From contig OX597816.1 of the NCBI GenBank assembly GCA_951406725.2, positions 52,948,001-53,012,000 of the forward strand: a DNA stretch of 64,000 nucleotides. Reading direction: 5' to 3'. Position numbers and translations under genes: made by a program. Source of the DNA: Octopus vulgaris. Its lineage: Eukaryota. The notes below the pieces were generated by a model. The model ran no database searches and was not told the origin of the DNA. It saw only the letters and a program-made list of their open reading frames with translations. Each line of letters begins with the position of its first letter. Within the stretch, counting starts at the first letter, position 1. Positions 50,710 to 64,000 of this stretch are shown here, in pieces.

Positions 50710-52129
50710 AAAAAATTACTCTCTCCAAAGACTTAGCATGAAGAATTTTGTCTTCACTTACAGCAAAGAGATTTTAGAATTTGTGAACTTTACTATAGAA
50801 TATTTCATCAGGTGGAACTGAACATAATTCTTTTGACAATGAATAGGCTTATTTCTATACAGAGGCAATGAGCTGATGTTCCAACTAATTTCCCTTTTCT
50901 TGCAGCTACTGCATATTCAATCATACAGTCACCTGTCTATCCCAGTATGGTGCATCAAAGAAAACAAACAAACAAACACACACACACACACACACATACA
51001 CACACACACAGAGTTCTCTCTCGTGTTACTTTGTGTCATGAAACATCCTCAACCTTTCACAATAAAATTAATTCAGTTTAAAATTAAATTATGCTGTTTA
51101 AACACTCATTACCAATTTTTTTTTCCCCCTTTTATTACAATCTTCATAGAAATGTGTCCTTTAGTGTTTGGGTTGCTAATAGAAAAGAAAGCACTAATTT
51201 TCGATTTAATAGCTGTCATATGCAGTAACCAGAGAAAGGAATTAAGGTTGGTGACATTTCTTCTGCTGTTGATGCCATTCTTGTGATTAGCAGAATAAAC
51301 ACATTACAGTTGATGTTTTTGGTGATTTTTGAATCTTCCAAATTTTTCTATGAGATTTTAGGTTTGTAGGTTATTAAATGTTTTTATTCATTTTAATCTA
51401 TTGTTAATGTTTAGGATTACTGACTACATAATCACGATTTCAAATCCTGCTATTAACATTGGGATCATAATCTATGTAATTACAACACCACATTACATAT
51501 ATCAGTGTACTTAAGAAAAATATTATTGCTTGATTACAGGCTGACTCAGTACCATAATGTGGTATCATGAGTAAATGTCTTTTGTTATAACCTCAGGCTG
51601 GCCAATACCTTGTTAGTGAAATTTGGTAGAAACTGTGTGAAGGCCAATTTTATATTGTGGAAGATTGAAGATGCTGCATAAAACAAAATACAATGAGAGA
51701 GACAGACTGGAAAGCAGAGAGGCAGAGAGAATGAGTATGCATGGCTTGTTTGGTGAACCATACTGAGATAGATAAGAAACTATATGAATGAATATGAATT
51801 ATTATTAAAAAACGATCTAAAGAATCGGGAGATGGAACTAGCAGTCATAGGAATAAAGTGAACTTTTCAGTTACCACGTGCATGACCATGTTTGTGTGTG
51901 TGTGTGTGTGTGTACATGCCCATAAGTGTGTGTGTATGCATGTGTATGTATGTCTACATTTTTTGCTGATGTACTCACATCAGTGACAAAATCTATAAAC
52001 AGTCACATTCCTGCAGAAATGCCTTGTGGCATAGGTCCACTAGAGTTACACAAATAATCTCTTGTTAAGTCTAAATGCAGTGAACCAATGTCTGGTCCAG
52101 TGATAAATTATAACCAATGAGGTTCCTTC

Positions 52130-52270
52130 CTTCCTTTCTTCCTATCCCTTGACCGTGTGGTTGTTGGGGCATTTGTCGATGATGACACAACCAGATCTCA
52201 CCACTTCTCTTGGTCTTCTCTGGCTCTCTGTAAGTCAGTAGAAATGAAGTTTACCCATCTTTAATGTTAA
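52130..52270 (-). pseudogene. RTE-like LINE extreme 3' remnant
   Basis: Minus strand NIK...RAREDQEKW..LV...PQQP.RSRD pattern. Confidence 0.45.
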
Positions 52271-53374
52271 CCTGGGCAATGACCAATCTCATAAGGGTTC
52301 CAGTCAGTGTGTCACCACCATGAATTAATCATGAGCAAGTTAGCTTGGTGGCACCCATTCCTCTCCTAATATTTTGTTACCATGTTTGTTTACTTAATAT
52401 GAATGGTAAGATTGAAAATGACAATATATCTGTGTCATCAGAAGTTATCAAGGCCAGTGAACACTAGAACAATAAATCTATTATTTCAAGCATCCAGTAA
52501 CATAACTCTAGAAGAAATAGATGTGTTATGTGAAACCTAATTGAATATATTGAATATAAAATTATTGCCATAATATAGATCAGTTCAGGTTTTTAAAGAA
52601 GACAGAAAGAGAGAGAGACAGAGAGACAGAGAGAAAGAGAGAGAGTAAAGGTGAGTAACTGCATGAGCAAGTGTGTGTGCACACATTTTAAGTGCACATC
52701 AAATCAGTCACATCAGGTTTCACTGCACACTTTAACAATGCACAGTAACTCATATTTCATTATGTGTCATCCAGTTAAAAAAAATATATAATCCTTTTAA
52801 GAATTCAGATTTTCGTTTGAACTTTTCTCTCTCTAGAGTTATATTCATCTTTTAAATTTTTATTGTTGTTTTACCCTAATACTAAATCAATACAAAACTT
52901 TCCCTAGATTTCTTAGAATTCAATGCAAACTGAGTCTCATTTGTAAAGTAGATAACTTAAATTTATATTTTCCAAATGGTGTATTTTATTTTTTTATGAT
53001 TTCCTTTTAAAATCTAGTTCCTCAATTTATTTGTTTTCTTATAAATTTTAGTGCTTCTAATTTGGAATAATCCTCAAAGAAAAGCTATTTTTACTGCAGA
53101 TTAATTCATTGTGTTAAGCAACAATGTCAACAACAATTATTCCACAATAGAAGTTGTGCATATAGATTAATCAACACAAACAATAACAATTATGTTAAGA
53201 ACTGTTGGTGAATTGGCAGAGTTGTTTGATCCTCAGATAAAATGCTTTGCTATATTTACTCTGGCTCCGAACGTTCTAGGTTCAAATATCACCATAGTCA
53301 AATTTACATTTCATCTTTCTAAGTTTGATAAGCAAAGAGCTAGTAAAGGCAGCTGACTAATAGAAGTATTAGAG

Positions 53375-53760
53375 CCATTGGGCTGTGACCATACTGGGGC
53401 ACTGTCTTGAAGGGCTTTAGTCAAATGAACTGACCTCAGAACTTACTATGTTAAAACTAGTACTCATTCTAGCAGCCTCTTTAGCCAAACTGCTAAGCTA
53501 CAGGAATGTAAACAAACCAGCACTGATTGTCAAGCAGTGGTGGGGAACAAACACAAGCACAAAAACGTACACATTGAGACACACACACACATATATGTGA
53601 TGGGCTTCTTTCAGTTTCCATTTACCAAATCCACCCATAGAGCCTTGGCCAGTTCAGGACAATAATAAAAGACACTTACCCAAGGTGCCACACTGTAAGA
53701 TTGAAACAGTAACCATGTAGTTGGGAAGCAACCTTCTTACTATATAGCCACGCATGTGCC
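53375..53760 (-). mobile_element. Older SINE family A copy
   Basis: Diverged full-length match. Confidence 0.8.
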
Positions 53761-53856
53761 TATATGTCCATGCCAGTTCCTATTTAGTTGTTCTGATGTT
53801 TTCTGAGTTGAAATCCTGCCGCAGCCCACTTGAGTGGTTGATTTAATTTGTCATTC

Positions 53857-54272
53857 TTATTTCTTTATTGCACACAAGGGGCTAAACATATAGGGGACAA
53901 ACAAGGACAGACAAAGGGATTAAGTTGATTACATCGACCCCAGTGTGTAACTGGTACTTAATTTATTGACCCCGAAAGGATGAAAGGCAAAGTCGACCTT
54001 AGCAGAATTTGAACTCAGAACATAACAGCAGATGAAATACCTATTTCTTTATTACCCACAAAGGGCTAAACATAGAGGGGACAAACAAGGACAGACATAG
54101 GTATTAAGATGATTACATCGACCCAAGTGCGTAATTGGTACTTAATTTATTGACCCCAAAAGGATGAAAGGCAGAGTCGACCATAGCGGAATTTGAACTC
54201 AGAACGTAACGGCAGACAAAATTTCGCTAAGTATTTTGCCCGGTGTGCTAACGCTTCTGCCAGCTTGCCGCC
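53857..54272 (-). mobile_element. Head-to-tail dimer of SINE family C
   Basis: Two consecutive units (about 53857-54041 and 54042-54272); the left unit lacks the head. Confidence 0.85.
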
Positions 54273-54500
54273 TTTTTAATTTGTCATTCTGCTTAACCCC
54301 ATTCTCTGGTTACTGAGTTCACTCTGTTGAAAGTACTCAGGCCAGGACCACAGTTAGAGCATAGCTTACTCCTTCCTACCACTCCTGGAAGACCAAAAAA
54401 GTGTCAGCCATACACACAAACTAAGCCGTAAAAGAAACAAAAACTACTTCCTATAGTCTTAAACATGAACATTTCTCTCAGTGTTAACATAAAACTTTAA

Positions 54501-55112
54501 CCCTTTAGCATTTAAACTGACCATATCAGGCCCAAATATTCTACATATTTTATGTTTAAACTGACCAGATCCAGCCTCTCACACATACCCTACAATGTTA
54601 TTCCAAAAATAAACAAGCGCATTATTGAAATCTTAGAGCTATAAGATAATGCAAAATTAATTCAAAACAATGTGCATAAGTAATACTCTTTTACTTGTTT
54701 CAGTCACGTGACTGTGGCCATGCTGGAGCACTGCCTTTAGTCGAGCAAATCAACCCCAGGACTTATTCTTTGTAAGCCTAGTACTTATTCTATCAGTCTC
54801 TTTTGCTGAACCGCTAAGTTTCAGGGACGTAAACATACCAGCATCGGTTGTCAAGCGATGTTGGTGGGGACAAACATAGACACACAAACATATACACACA
54901 CATACATATATATATATATACATATATACGACGGGCTTCTTTCAGTTTCCGTCTACCAAATCCACTCACAAGGCTTTGGTCGGCCCGAGGCTATAGTAGA
55001 AGACACTTGCCCAAGGTGCCACGTAGCGGGACTGAACCCGGAACCATGTGGTTCGTAAGCAAGCTACTTACCACACAGCCACATTTGACAAAGAAATCTG
55101 AATGCTAAAGAG
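54501..55112 (+). mobile_element. piggyBac-type MITE family 2, interrupted by a SINE A copy (54684-55081, minus)
   Basis: TTAA|CCCTTTAGCAT ... ATGCTAAAGAG|TTAA. Confidence 0.85.
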
Positions 55113-55539
55113 TTAAACCAGAATTTTTTTATACAATATTAAAGACTACTGATGCTGTTCCAGTTTCCCTAACCCCACCTTTTTAATGGTTTGGTTTGGA
55201 AGATTGGGTTGCATCCAAGGTCAGATATTGTGCGCCTGTGTTTGTGTATACTGATGTAAAACAGTGCACAAAGTTCCATTCCTGTATGGCAAAAAGTAAA
55301 ACTTAGCCACCTGATAAACAAAGATCAATACAACTAGTACCAGAGAGGAATAATTACCGGTGTTGATTTGATCAACTAAATATCTTGAAGGTGATCAATG
55401 CTCTAATTTGATCACTGTGCAACGAATGAAGTCAGTGAAATAATAAAAGTAAGATGAAGGCAATTAGGTCAGCGCTTAATTAGAAAATTCATAATTGTAT
55501 ATAAGAATGATGACTATATTGATACAACAATGTAACCAG

Positions 55540-55790
55540 GTGGAGGTGCATGGTTTAGTGGTTAGGGTGTCGGACTCGTGATCATAAGATTGTGGTTTCG
55601 ATTCCTAGACTAGGTGACTTGTGCTCTTGAGCAAAGCACTTCATTTCACATTGCTCCAGTCCACTCACTCAGCTGGCAAAAATGAGTAATGCTGCAATGG
55701 ACCAGCATTCCATCCAGGTGGGGAATATATGTGCCACGTAAACTGAGAAACCAGCCCTCTTGCTCTATATGACACAGGAAGGATCAATGT
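55540..55790 (+). mobile_element. SINE family B
   Basis: TGGTTTAGTGGTTAGGG..GTTTCGATTCC..CTTGAGCAAAGCAC..TTGCTCCAGTCCAC. Confidence 0.85.
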
Positions 55791-56419
55791 AACCAGAAAA
55801 TATAAGATCTGGAGATCATCATCATCATCAGAGGCAAAGAAACCTTTTATATATATTTGAAGGCCATATTGAATTCAATATAATTTATAATAAAGTCAAT
55901 TAAAGAAAATCATATGACATATAGGCAGAAAAGATATTTAATTATAATTATCCAAATTGAGAAATACAAATGCAAATTAAACTTTAAATGCAAATTCTGA
56001 CAGTGAAATAAAATTTATATGAAGAGCAAAAATATAAGAAGTCTAATGTTTTGAGCAGAACCAATCAATGAAGAGAAATGGTAAATGGTATTGAAGGATA
56101 AATGAAGGTTCATACGAGAGAGAGAGAGAGAAAAGGAGAAAAGAGAAGTAATCCTTTATTAATTCTCATGACAGATGATTGATTTCCATCCACCAGCCTG
56201 CATCCCAAGTGGTAACACAACATTTTTCTATAGGCAACAAATTGATAGAATCATTACTGTATCTGTTAGAATACCTTGTGGCATTTGTTCTGGTTTTCTG
56301 CACTCTAATTTGAAATCCTAAGGAGATCAATTTTACCTTTCACCCTTCCAGAGTTGATAAATACAGGACCAGTCAAACACAGGTTGATTTTCCTTTCTCT
56401 TTTTGAACCTGCTATGATG

Positions 56420-56825
56420 TCATCGTCATCATCATCATCGTTTAGCATTTGTTTTCCATGCTAGCATGGGTTGGACGGTTTGACCGGGGTCTGGGAAGCC
56501 AGGAAGCTGTACCAGGCTCCAGTCTGATCTGGCAGAGTTTCTACAGCTGGATGTCCTTCCTAATGCCAACCACTCCGTGAGTGTAGTGGGTGCTTTTTAC
56601 GTGCCACCATCACAGATGCCAGGGGAGCTGGCAACAGCCATGATCGGTTGGTGCTTTTTACATGCCACCGGCACAGAAGCCAGTCAAGGTGGTGCTGGTA
56701 TCGGGCACATTCAGATGGTGCTTTTTACATGCCACCGGTACAGGTATCACAACTACAATTTCCATTTGATTTTTTGATGTTGATATACTTGACTCAATAG
56801 GTCTCCTCTAGCACAGCAGGTCGCC
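56420..56825 (-). mobile_element. Family D retroposon
   Basis: (CAT)n tail side at 56420; repeated TTTAC(G/A)TGCCACC units. Confidence 0.8.
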
Positions 56826-58014
56826 GATGTAGAATATGTAAATTCATAGAGCCAGAGATCTTACTGTAAAACCACCCAAGAACCTTCTGATAAGAGGTCA
56901 GCTAAATCTGCATTGTATCTCATCCTAGACGCTCCATTGAGTCAAGAGTGAAAGGACTAAAAGGGTGCCTTTGCTCATAACTACAGGGACACATAAAATA
57001 TTTAATAAAAGCATGGGGACCTGATAGTCACTCTCAATTTCATGTGCTGGCTGTAGTTAGATACTCATTATACAGGTAAGTAGCTTGCTTACTAACCACA
57101 TGGTTCTGGGAAGACACTGACTGAAGGTAATAAAATACTACAAATTTGATGATCCCTAATTGAAGCAGACATATGACCAAAGCTGTTTCAGCTATGATCA
57201 TCCCATCTTACTTGTCTATGACTACAAAAGCCAATCCAGCCTTCCTTTTTATTTTTTTAATGGTTGGATGTGATAAGAAAGAATTTTGATTGTTATTTCT
57301 AGGAAGTTGAGAAAACATATAGATGCATTCCTTCCCATATTTCATACTCTTAAAATTTACAGTATGTATTTGTTGTAGTAATTTTTTGACCCCAGGTCCA
57401 GCCAGACCTGTATTCATAGGCATTCCAGTCAGCACTATCTTGTCTTTTAGGCTTATCCTGGAAAACATCAACTAATGTGTCCATTGATCCTTTGCTTATC
57501 TAATAGAGTAATGTGTGATTTTAGAGAGATTTGGCTGCTATTTCTGATAAACTGAATAACCACATACAGTCTCATTTAAGGGCTCATAAGGAGGGGAGAA
57601 TTTAGGGGTGGTAATATGAAGGAATACAGGGAACTGAAGTAGTTTATGATAATGAGGAATAATTTGATTTACAATATCTAATGAGAGAACATATTGAATA
57701 AAAAATAGCAATTTTGAAGAACTACTCCAACCAAAGAATTTATGATAAATGGATGCAAAGCATAAATAATGAGAATATTCTATTATTTTTCAGATTTATT
57801 GGAAGTTAAGTGTTTGTTTGTTTGTTTTTTTTATATTAGATATTTATCTTTTCTATGAAAATAAAGCAAGTTATTATGCTTATCTGAAAGTTATATTGAT
57901 TTTTTAGCATATAAATTTTTAAAAAGGGTGGGGAGACATCAGTTTTAGTTCCCTTGCTTCAAATGTTACAATTGCATCTCAGATTCCAATCTTATGTTGA
58001 TTTCTTTCTGAAAC

Positions 58015-58176
58015 CAAGACAAGCAAGTTTCAAAGCAATGGAAGTAAGCAGTTAGCGTTTTATGGGGTGTTTTGTCTGTAAAGCTCTGACCAGGTTTGGA
58101 GTTATTGGCGCAGCAGAGAGCAAGGTCATAAATTCTATCGCTGAGATTGTAGAGAAGGCCAATAGGTGGCTTTGCA
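58015..58176 (+). pseudogene. HERO/R2-group non-LTR retrotransposon C-terminal fragment
   Basis: AMEVSS*RFMGCFVCKALTRFGVIG..KVINSIAEIVEKANRWL fits the EVGCRGF...AEKASRWLW ending as I recall it; followed by poly(A). Confidence 0.65.
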
Positions 58177-58230
58177 AAAAAAAAAAAAAAAAAAAGAGGG
58201 TAGACCAGTGTTTTGCTACAACTGAAATAG

Positions 58231-58480
58231 TGGAGTCATGTGGCTTAGTGGTTAGGATGTTGAACTCATAGTTGTAAGATTGCAGTTTCAATTCCTGGAC
58301 TGGGTGATACATTGTGTTCTTGAGGAAAACACTTCATTTCATGTTTCTCCAGTCTACTCAGCTGACAAAAATGAGTACTCCTGTGATAGAGCAGCATCCC
58401 GTCTAGGTGAGGATTTTACACCTCAAGAAAACCACAAAACCAGCCCTTAAGAGTCAGCATGACTCAAGAAAGTAACTTCC
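58231..58480 (+). mobile_element. SINE family B
   Basis: Head and CORE-like domain as in the 55540 copy. Confidence 0.8.
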
Positions 58481-58519
58481 TTCACTATTTTACTACTGAG
58501 GTGTATATCTTTTTCTTTT

Positions 58520-58922
58520 CTCTTTACCTTTTTACTTACTTCAGTCATTAGACTGCAGCCATGCTGGGGCAATACCCTGAAGAACGTTTTTCTGTCAAAT
58601 CAATCAACCCCCAGTACTTAATTTTTTTAAAAACTGGAACTTATTTTATTGATCTCTTTTGCCAAACTACTAAGTTACAGAGACATAAACAGACCAGCAC
58701 CAGTTGTCATCATTGGTGGGGGACATACACACACACACACACTCACACACACATGGATATGATGGGCTCCTTTCAGTTTCTGTATACCAAGTCCACTCAC
58801 AAGGCTTTAGTTTCCTTGAGGCTATAATAGAAGACATTTGCCAAAGGTACTACACAGTGGGACTGAACTTAGAACCATGTGGTTAGGAAGCAAACTTCTT
58901 ATCACACAGCCATGCCTGTGCC
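58520..58922 (-). mobile_element. Older SINE family A copy
   Basis: Diverged full-length match. Confidence 0.85.
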
Positions 58923-58957
58923 TATATATAGATATATATATATAGGCATACACACAC

Positions 58958-58993
<36 letters not shown>

Positions 58994-59987
58994 TTCTCAG
59001 ATATAATACTCTCTTGTAAACACAGATTCTACTCAACATTTGCCCATTTTATTAAATCCATGTAACACCCTAACTATGTTTATCCTTAATTATGGATTAA
59101 ATTTAAGGTACACCTAGACTGACCTAGCAATTTACCCCCTCCACTAACTCCACCCTTTTTTGTAAATTATTCCCTCACATGATTAACTTTGCACATTGCT
59201 CTTACCCATCACATCCCACCTCCCTTAAAGCCTCTCTAACCTTGCATGGCAAGAGTGAAAGGACAGTAAGAGAATGAAACTGCATAATACTTTAAGCTAA
59301 ATATTTATAAAAGAACTTAAATATAACAATTTATTAACTTGATTCTGGTGTCATGTAAAACTAATTGCATGTATCATCAATAAATATTTATGTACAATAT
59401 GTACAAACACGTGCTAAAAATATTTTATCTTATTGATTAGCATATCTGAGCCATCAATAATGGAGGCATTATTGAAATATGTACATGAGAAAAGTTGCTA
59501 ATGAGAGTATGAGGGTTTCAATAAAAATACTAAAAAATTTTTAAAAACTAGAAAAATAAGAAAATTATGTTTATCACTCCCTAAATATTTTACAGGTTTG
59601 ATTACATTTTTATATGTACAGTATGTTGTAGCTGAAGATTCACTTAATATACATTATGTTATTTTCTACAATAAATGCTCTAATTTCACAAACGTTGTAC
59701 ATATACATGTTTTGAAATCTACCAAAACATATACATATTTACAGATGGGTACATGACGTTACAAACAGGTTGCATATATTTTCTAAAAACTTTCAAGGAA
59801 CAGCAGGTTTAGTTTTTTAAAGCTGTGCATTTACATATTTGACACATTTTGTGCAAAAGCTACAAATGAATATCTGAAGCATTATCATTCACATTCAACT
59901 GCAAAAGTTCCTGAAGAACGATAATATTTAGTGTTCTTAAATTTCAATCTAGAATTTCAAATTATTACTGCTTTTTGTTCAGCATAA

Positions 59988-60327
59988 GCCATTAGCATTT
60001 AAGCCGGTCATATCCAGCCCAAAATATTCAATCTCTTCCATGTTTAAACTGGCCACATGTTCCATGTTTAAACTAGCCTTTCACACCTACACGACAATGT
60101 CATTCAAAACATTAACAATTACATCATTGAAATCTCAAGGCTATGAGATAATACATGAGTATAAGTGCAGGAGTGGCTGTGTGGTAAGTAGCTTGCTTAC
60201 CAACCACATGGTTCTGGGTTCAATCCCACTGTGTGGCACCTTGGGCAAGTGTCTTCTACTATAGCCTTGAGTTTGGTAGACAGAAACTGAAAGAAGCCTA
60301 TCGTACATCTAATAGTGGTTTTATCTC

Positions 60328-60379
<52 letters not shown>

Positions 60380-60601
60380 TCCCCACAACATCGCTTGACA
60401 ACTGATGCTGGTGTGTTTACGTCCCAGTAACTTAGCAGTTCGACAAAAGAAGTCCAGGGATCAATTTGCTCGACTAAAGGTGGTGCTCCAGCGTGGCCAT
60501 AGTCAAATGACTGAGACAAGTAAAAGAGTAAAAGAGATTAATTTAAAACAATGTGAATAAACAGGTGTCACATTTGACAGAATAATCTGATTGCTAAAGG
60601 G
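59988..60601 (+). mobile_element. piggyBac-type MITE family 2, interrupted by a SINE A copy (60164-60536, plus)
   Basis: Homologous to the 54501 copy; ends TGCTAAAGGG|TTAA. Confidence 0.85.
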
Positions 60602-60616
60602 TTAACCATGTGTAGT

Positions 60617-60940
60617 GAAGGCACATGGCTTACTGGTTATGGTATTCACCTGTTGATTGTAAGGCCATGAGTTCAATTCCAGGTGATACATTGTATCCTT
60701 GAGCAAGACACTTTATTTCACATTACTCCAGTCCACTCAGCAGGTAGAAATAAGCTGTACCTGAAATTAAAAGGGCCAGCCTTGTCATATTCTGTCTCAC
60801 GTTGAACCTCCCTCAGATAAACGTTAAGGGTACACATGTCTGTAGAGCACTCAGCCACTTGCACATTTATTTCATGAACAGGCTGTTCCATTGATTGGAT
60901 CAACAGGAACCCTTGTCATAATAACCAATGGAGTGCCAGA
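60617..60940 (+). mobile_element. SINE family B
   Basis: Same body as the 17190 copy. Confidence 0.85.
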
Positions 60941-61066
60941 TTTTTTTAACCATCCGTAATGTCCATATTGTGAGGAGATATCTAAAGTTAAGCATGAGAT
61001 AGCAAATTACTGGATTTGTTAGTTATTTGCTGGATTTATTCTGGTCACCATTTTGAAAAAGTAAAT

Positions 61067-61470
61067 AGACGCAGGAGCGGCTGTGTGGTAAGTAGCTTGC
61101 TTACCAACCACATGGTTCCGGGTTCAGTCCCACAGCATGGCACCTTGGGCAAGTGTCTTCTACTATAGCCTCGGGCCGACCAAAGCCTTGTGAGTGGATT
61201 TGGTAGACGGAAACTGAAAGAAGCATGTCGTATATATGTATATATATATGTGGGTGTATTTGTCCCCCAACACCGCTTGACAACTGAAATTGGTGTGTTT
61301 ACATCTCCGTAAGTTAGCAGTTCGGCAAAAGAGAACCGATAGAATAAGTACTAGGCTTACAAAGAATAAGTCCTGGGGGGTCGATTTCCTCGACTAAAGG
61401 CGGTGCCCCAGCATGGCCACACTCAAATGACTGAAACAAGTAAAAGAGTAAAAGAGAGTAAAGAGAGAGT
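61067..61470 (+). mobile_element. SINE family A
   Basis: Full-length match. Confidence 0.9.
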
Positions 61471-61963
61471 CCGTTAAGCTTAGACTACAATAATGAGGAA
61501 GACATCTCTTATAAATGTTGCAATGCGCAACAAATCAGCAGAACTTATGGACAGTAAAACATTAGTTAAGCATTATGAGACAAAGAAGACAAAAGAATGA
61601 AATTTCACGTTAAAAATAATAAACAGAACAACTAAACAGAGACACTATTACAGCAACAAAGCAGAGACACTGCTGGATAATTTAGAAAACATCCAAGCTA
61701 TTGCTCACATTAAGCATTCTGAGATGAGGAATACAGCAGAATGAACTTTCAAATACAAAAAAATAAACAGATTGACTCCAATTTGTATTGAATGATTTAG
61801 AAAAGAAATCTTATAAAATGAAACAAATTCAACAGCTTCAACCGCTTAAGTGTTACTCACCAAAAAACGGACTTACAGAAAGACATGAAGTCAAAACTGA
61901 TGCTTTTAGTAAAGGAGAAATGTCAAAATATGATGCTTATTTATTTATTTATTGCTGTTGTTC

Positions 61964-61996
<33 letters not shown>

Positions 61997-61999
61997 TGG

Positions 62000-62448
62000 T
62001 AGACAGCTGGCAGAATCATTAGTATGCCAAGTAAAATGCTTAGCAGCCTTCCGTCCATCTTTACATTCTGGGTTTAAATACTGCCATGGTCGACTTTGCC
62101 TTTCATCCTCTTGGGGTCAATAAATTAACTACTCAGTGAAGCACTGGGTGGGGGTCAACATAATTGACCAGTCCCCCCACAACCAAATTAGAGGCCTTGT
62201 GTCTCCAGTAGAAATCGTCGTCGTCGTCGTCGAGGCCACTAGCTGGTAGAATCATTAGTACGCCAGGTAAAATGCTGAGCAGCCTTTCATCCATCTTTAC
62301 ACTCTGAGTTCAAATTTTGTTTAGGCTCCCTTTGCCTTTTATCCTTTAGGGTTAATGAAATAAGTACCAGTTAAGTACTGGGGTCAATGTAATTGACTAT
62401 ACCCTTCCCACAAATTTCAGGCCTTGTGCCTTTAATAGAAAGGATTAT
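62000..62448 (+). mobile_element. Two tandem SINE family C copies
   Basis: Units at about 62000-62214 and 62240-62448, bracketed by (ATT)n. Confidence 0.8.
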
Positions 62449-62980
62449 CATTATTATTATCTCTTTTTAAAAAGCACAATAGGAAATGAATTGGCAGAGT
62501 CATTAGAGTGTTGGATAAAATACTCATTGTATATTTCTTTCAAACTTTCTATGTTCTGAGATCAAATCTCACCATGGTCAACTTCACTGTTTATTCTTTC
62601 ATAATCAATAAAAGAATATCAATAAAGGTCAATGAATTGATAGAACTGCAAGAATGTCTTCTAGTAATTGTTCTAGCACTTTGTGATCTGAGTTCTGGGT
62701 GGTAGACCTAATCTGTCACCCAATTTAACATCAGTGCCTACAGCCTGGGTGCTTTTAACAGAAAATTCTCTATTGCAAGCATTCAGACTAGGTATTTTAT
62801 TTGGGAATAGCTTTCCCCATTCCAACCAATAATCTCAGAGGGTTATTAGCACTGTTTTTTCTTTTTTCTTTTGACTAAAAAGATTTTAAAAAACCATAAA
62901 AATCGCATTGTACATGCTACCAGAAATTGAATCAAAGCTGTAAAATGAGTCCAGTAAGATTTTATACTGCCACACTTAAA

Positions 62981-63096
62981 AGTTACTTTTATAGAAAACA
63001 TTAACAAACATTATCTATTTAGTTACTTTTATAGAAAATATTAACAAAAGTTATCTAAGTTACTTTTATAGAAAATATTAACAAATGGTATCTATT
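62981..63096 (+). repeat. Minisatellite, three units of 37-40 bp
   Basis: AGTTACTTTTATAGAAAA(C/T)ATTAACAAA occurs three times. Confidence 0.95.
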
Positions 63097-64000
63097 AAGA
63101 CCCATCGGCAGTCTATTTTATTTTGAAGTTATTAGGATTCATGTACTGCAAAAATCTGATTTTTGTACAGACTTTACAATAAATCAATAATTTAAGTTTT
63201 AGAATGGTTTCATCAGTAATGCAAGTAAAACTTCACAGCATTTTAAATGTTCTGCATAAGACACTTTAATATTAGAAGAACAATCTAATATTGAAGTTTA
63301 ATTCACTTCTAAAAATTTGCTTTTTGGCTTCTTTTAATGGCAGACAGAATCAGAAAATAACAACTGTAGCTATTATCTAAACACATACAAGGAAGCTATG
63401 GAATAAAAAAGGATATATTCAAAAGACATTCTCATTAATTTAGCCATAAAATAAGATAATCTTTTAATGAAAATTTTTCTGAATAGGAAAGTTAAGAAGT
63501 TTATCTTGAAATTGGTTTCTTTTCATTTCTTTTCAATTTCTTTTTTTTTATCATTATGTACACAGGCATCATGATGGCAGAGATACACACAAAATTGATG
63601 AATTAATTCAGTAGTAAAATAAAGAATCAGATCCGAGTAGTAAGAATAAAGGCAAAGTTGCCAGGATGGAGGTGGTGATACTTCATATGTTGACTTTGTT
63701 CATGGTAAGGACTAATTCATCATCAAACACAAATTCTTGAAATAATGTAACTTCAAGTGAGACAAGATTAAGTGGAATTTTGTAGAGCCAAAGTAAACTT
63801 GGGATGCAGAAGGATATTGGACACAAATAAACTCGAAATATGTTCATGTAACACATTTTTATAAAAACATACAGTAAAAGCATTTAAGTGACATGATGTA
63901 AGTCCATGTGACATCTTTTCATTTAAACAGATATAGATGTAGACATTGCTGTGTGGTTAAAAAGATCACTTCTGAACTATATGGTTTATGGTTCACTTCT

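Noticed and set aside
57070-57082. Plus-strand CAG|GTAAGT, a possible recursive site
   Set aside because: GTAAGT comes from a SINE A fragment (GGTAAGTAGCTTGC) and there is no polypyrimidine tract.
269-61283. Recurrent ORFs ending ...[35 protein letters not shown] that look like a peptide gene family
   Set aside because: They are antisense translations of the SINE A head; frames and starts are not conserved between copies.
62981-63096. CRISPR-like repeat of about 38 bp
   Set aside because: Units are contiguous with no unique spacers, there are no cas genes, and the context is eukaryotic; it is a minisatellite.

Overview
AT-rich, repeat-dense eukaryotic non-coding DNA with no intact protein-coding gene. 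The mix of tRNA-derived SINEs and abundant (TA)n/(CA)n/(AAT)n microsatellites is what I recall for Octopus-type cephalopod genomes; this is an inference, not a search result. Retroelements: dozens of SINE copies in at least five families, a decayed but complete Ty3/Gypsy provirus (paired LTRs, gag, RT, RNase H, integrase; about 22.5-28.0 kb) carrying younger insertions, and fragments of R4/Dong, HERO, CR1-like and RTE LINEs. DNA transposons: three copies of one internally deleted mariner, two TTAA/piggyBac-type MITE families, a Tc2/pogo-type MITE, an unclassified element with an 8-bp TSD, and non-autonomous Helitrons. Most notable observations: (1) several (TA)n-embedded short elements carry minimal type-I hammerhead-ribozyme-like motifs with variant cores, as in Penelope pLTRs; one is a perfect 144-bp-arm foldback with a compensatory U3:A8 core. 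(2) A textbook minus-strand AG|GTAAGT recursive-splice site is followed by a 42-nt exon with stops in all three frames; together with other minus-strand splice signals this suggests the window lies in a very long intron. (3) An inversion plus duplication breaks a SINE. Almost all supplied ORFs are microsatellite or SINE artefacts. Coordinates of decayed elements are approximate.
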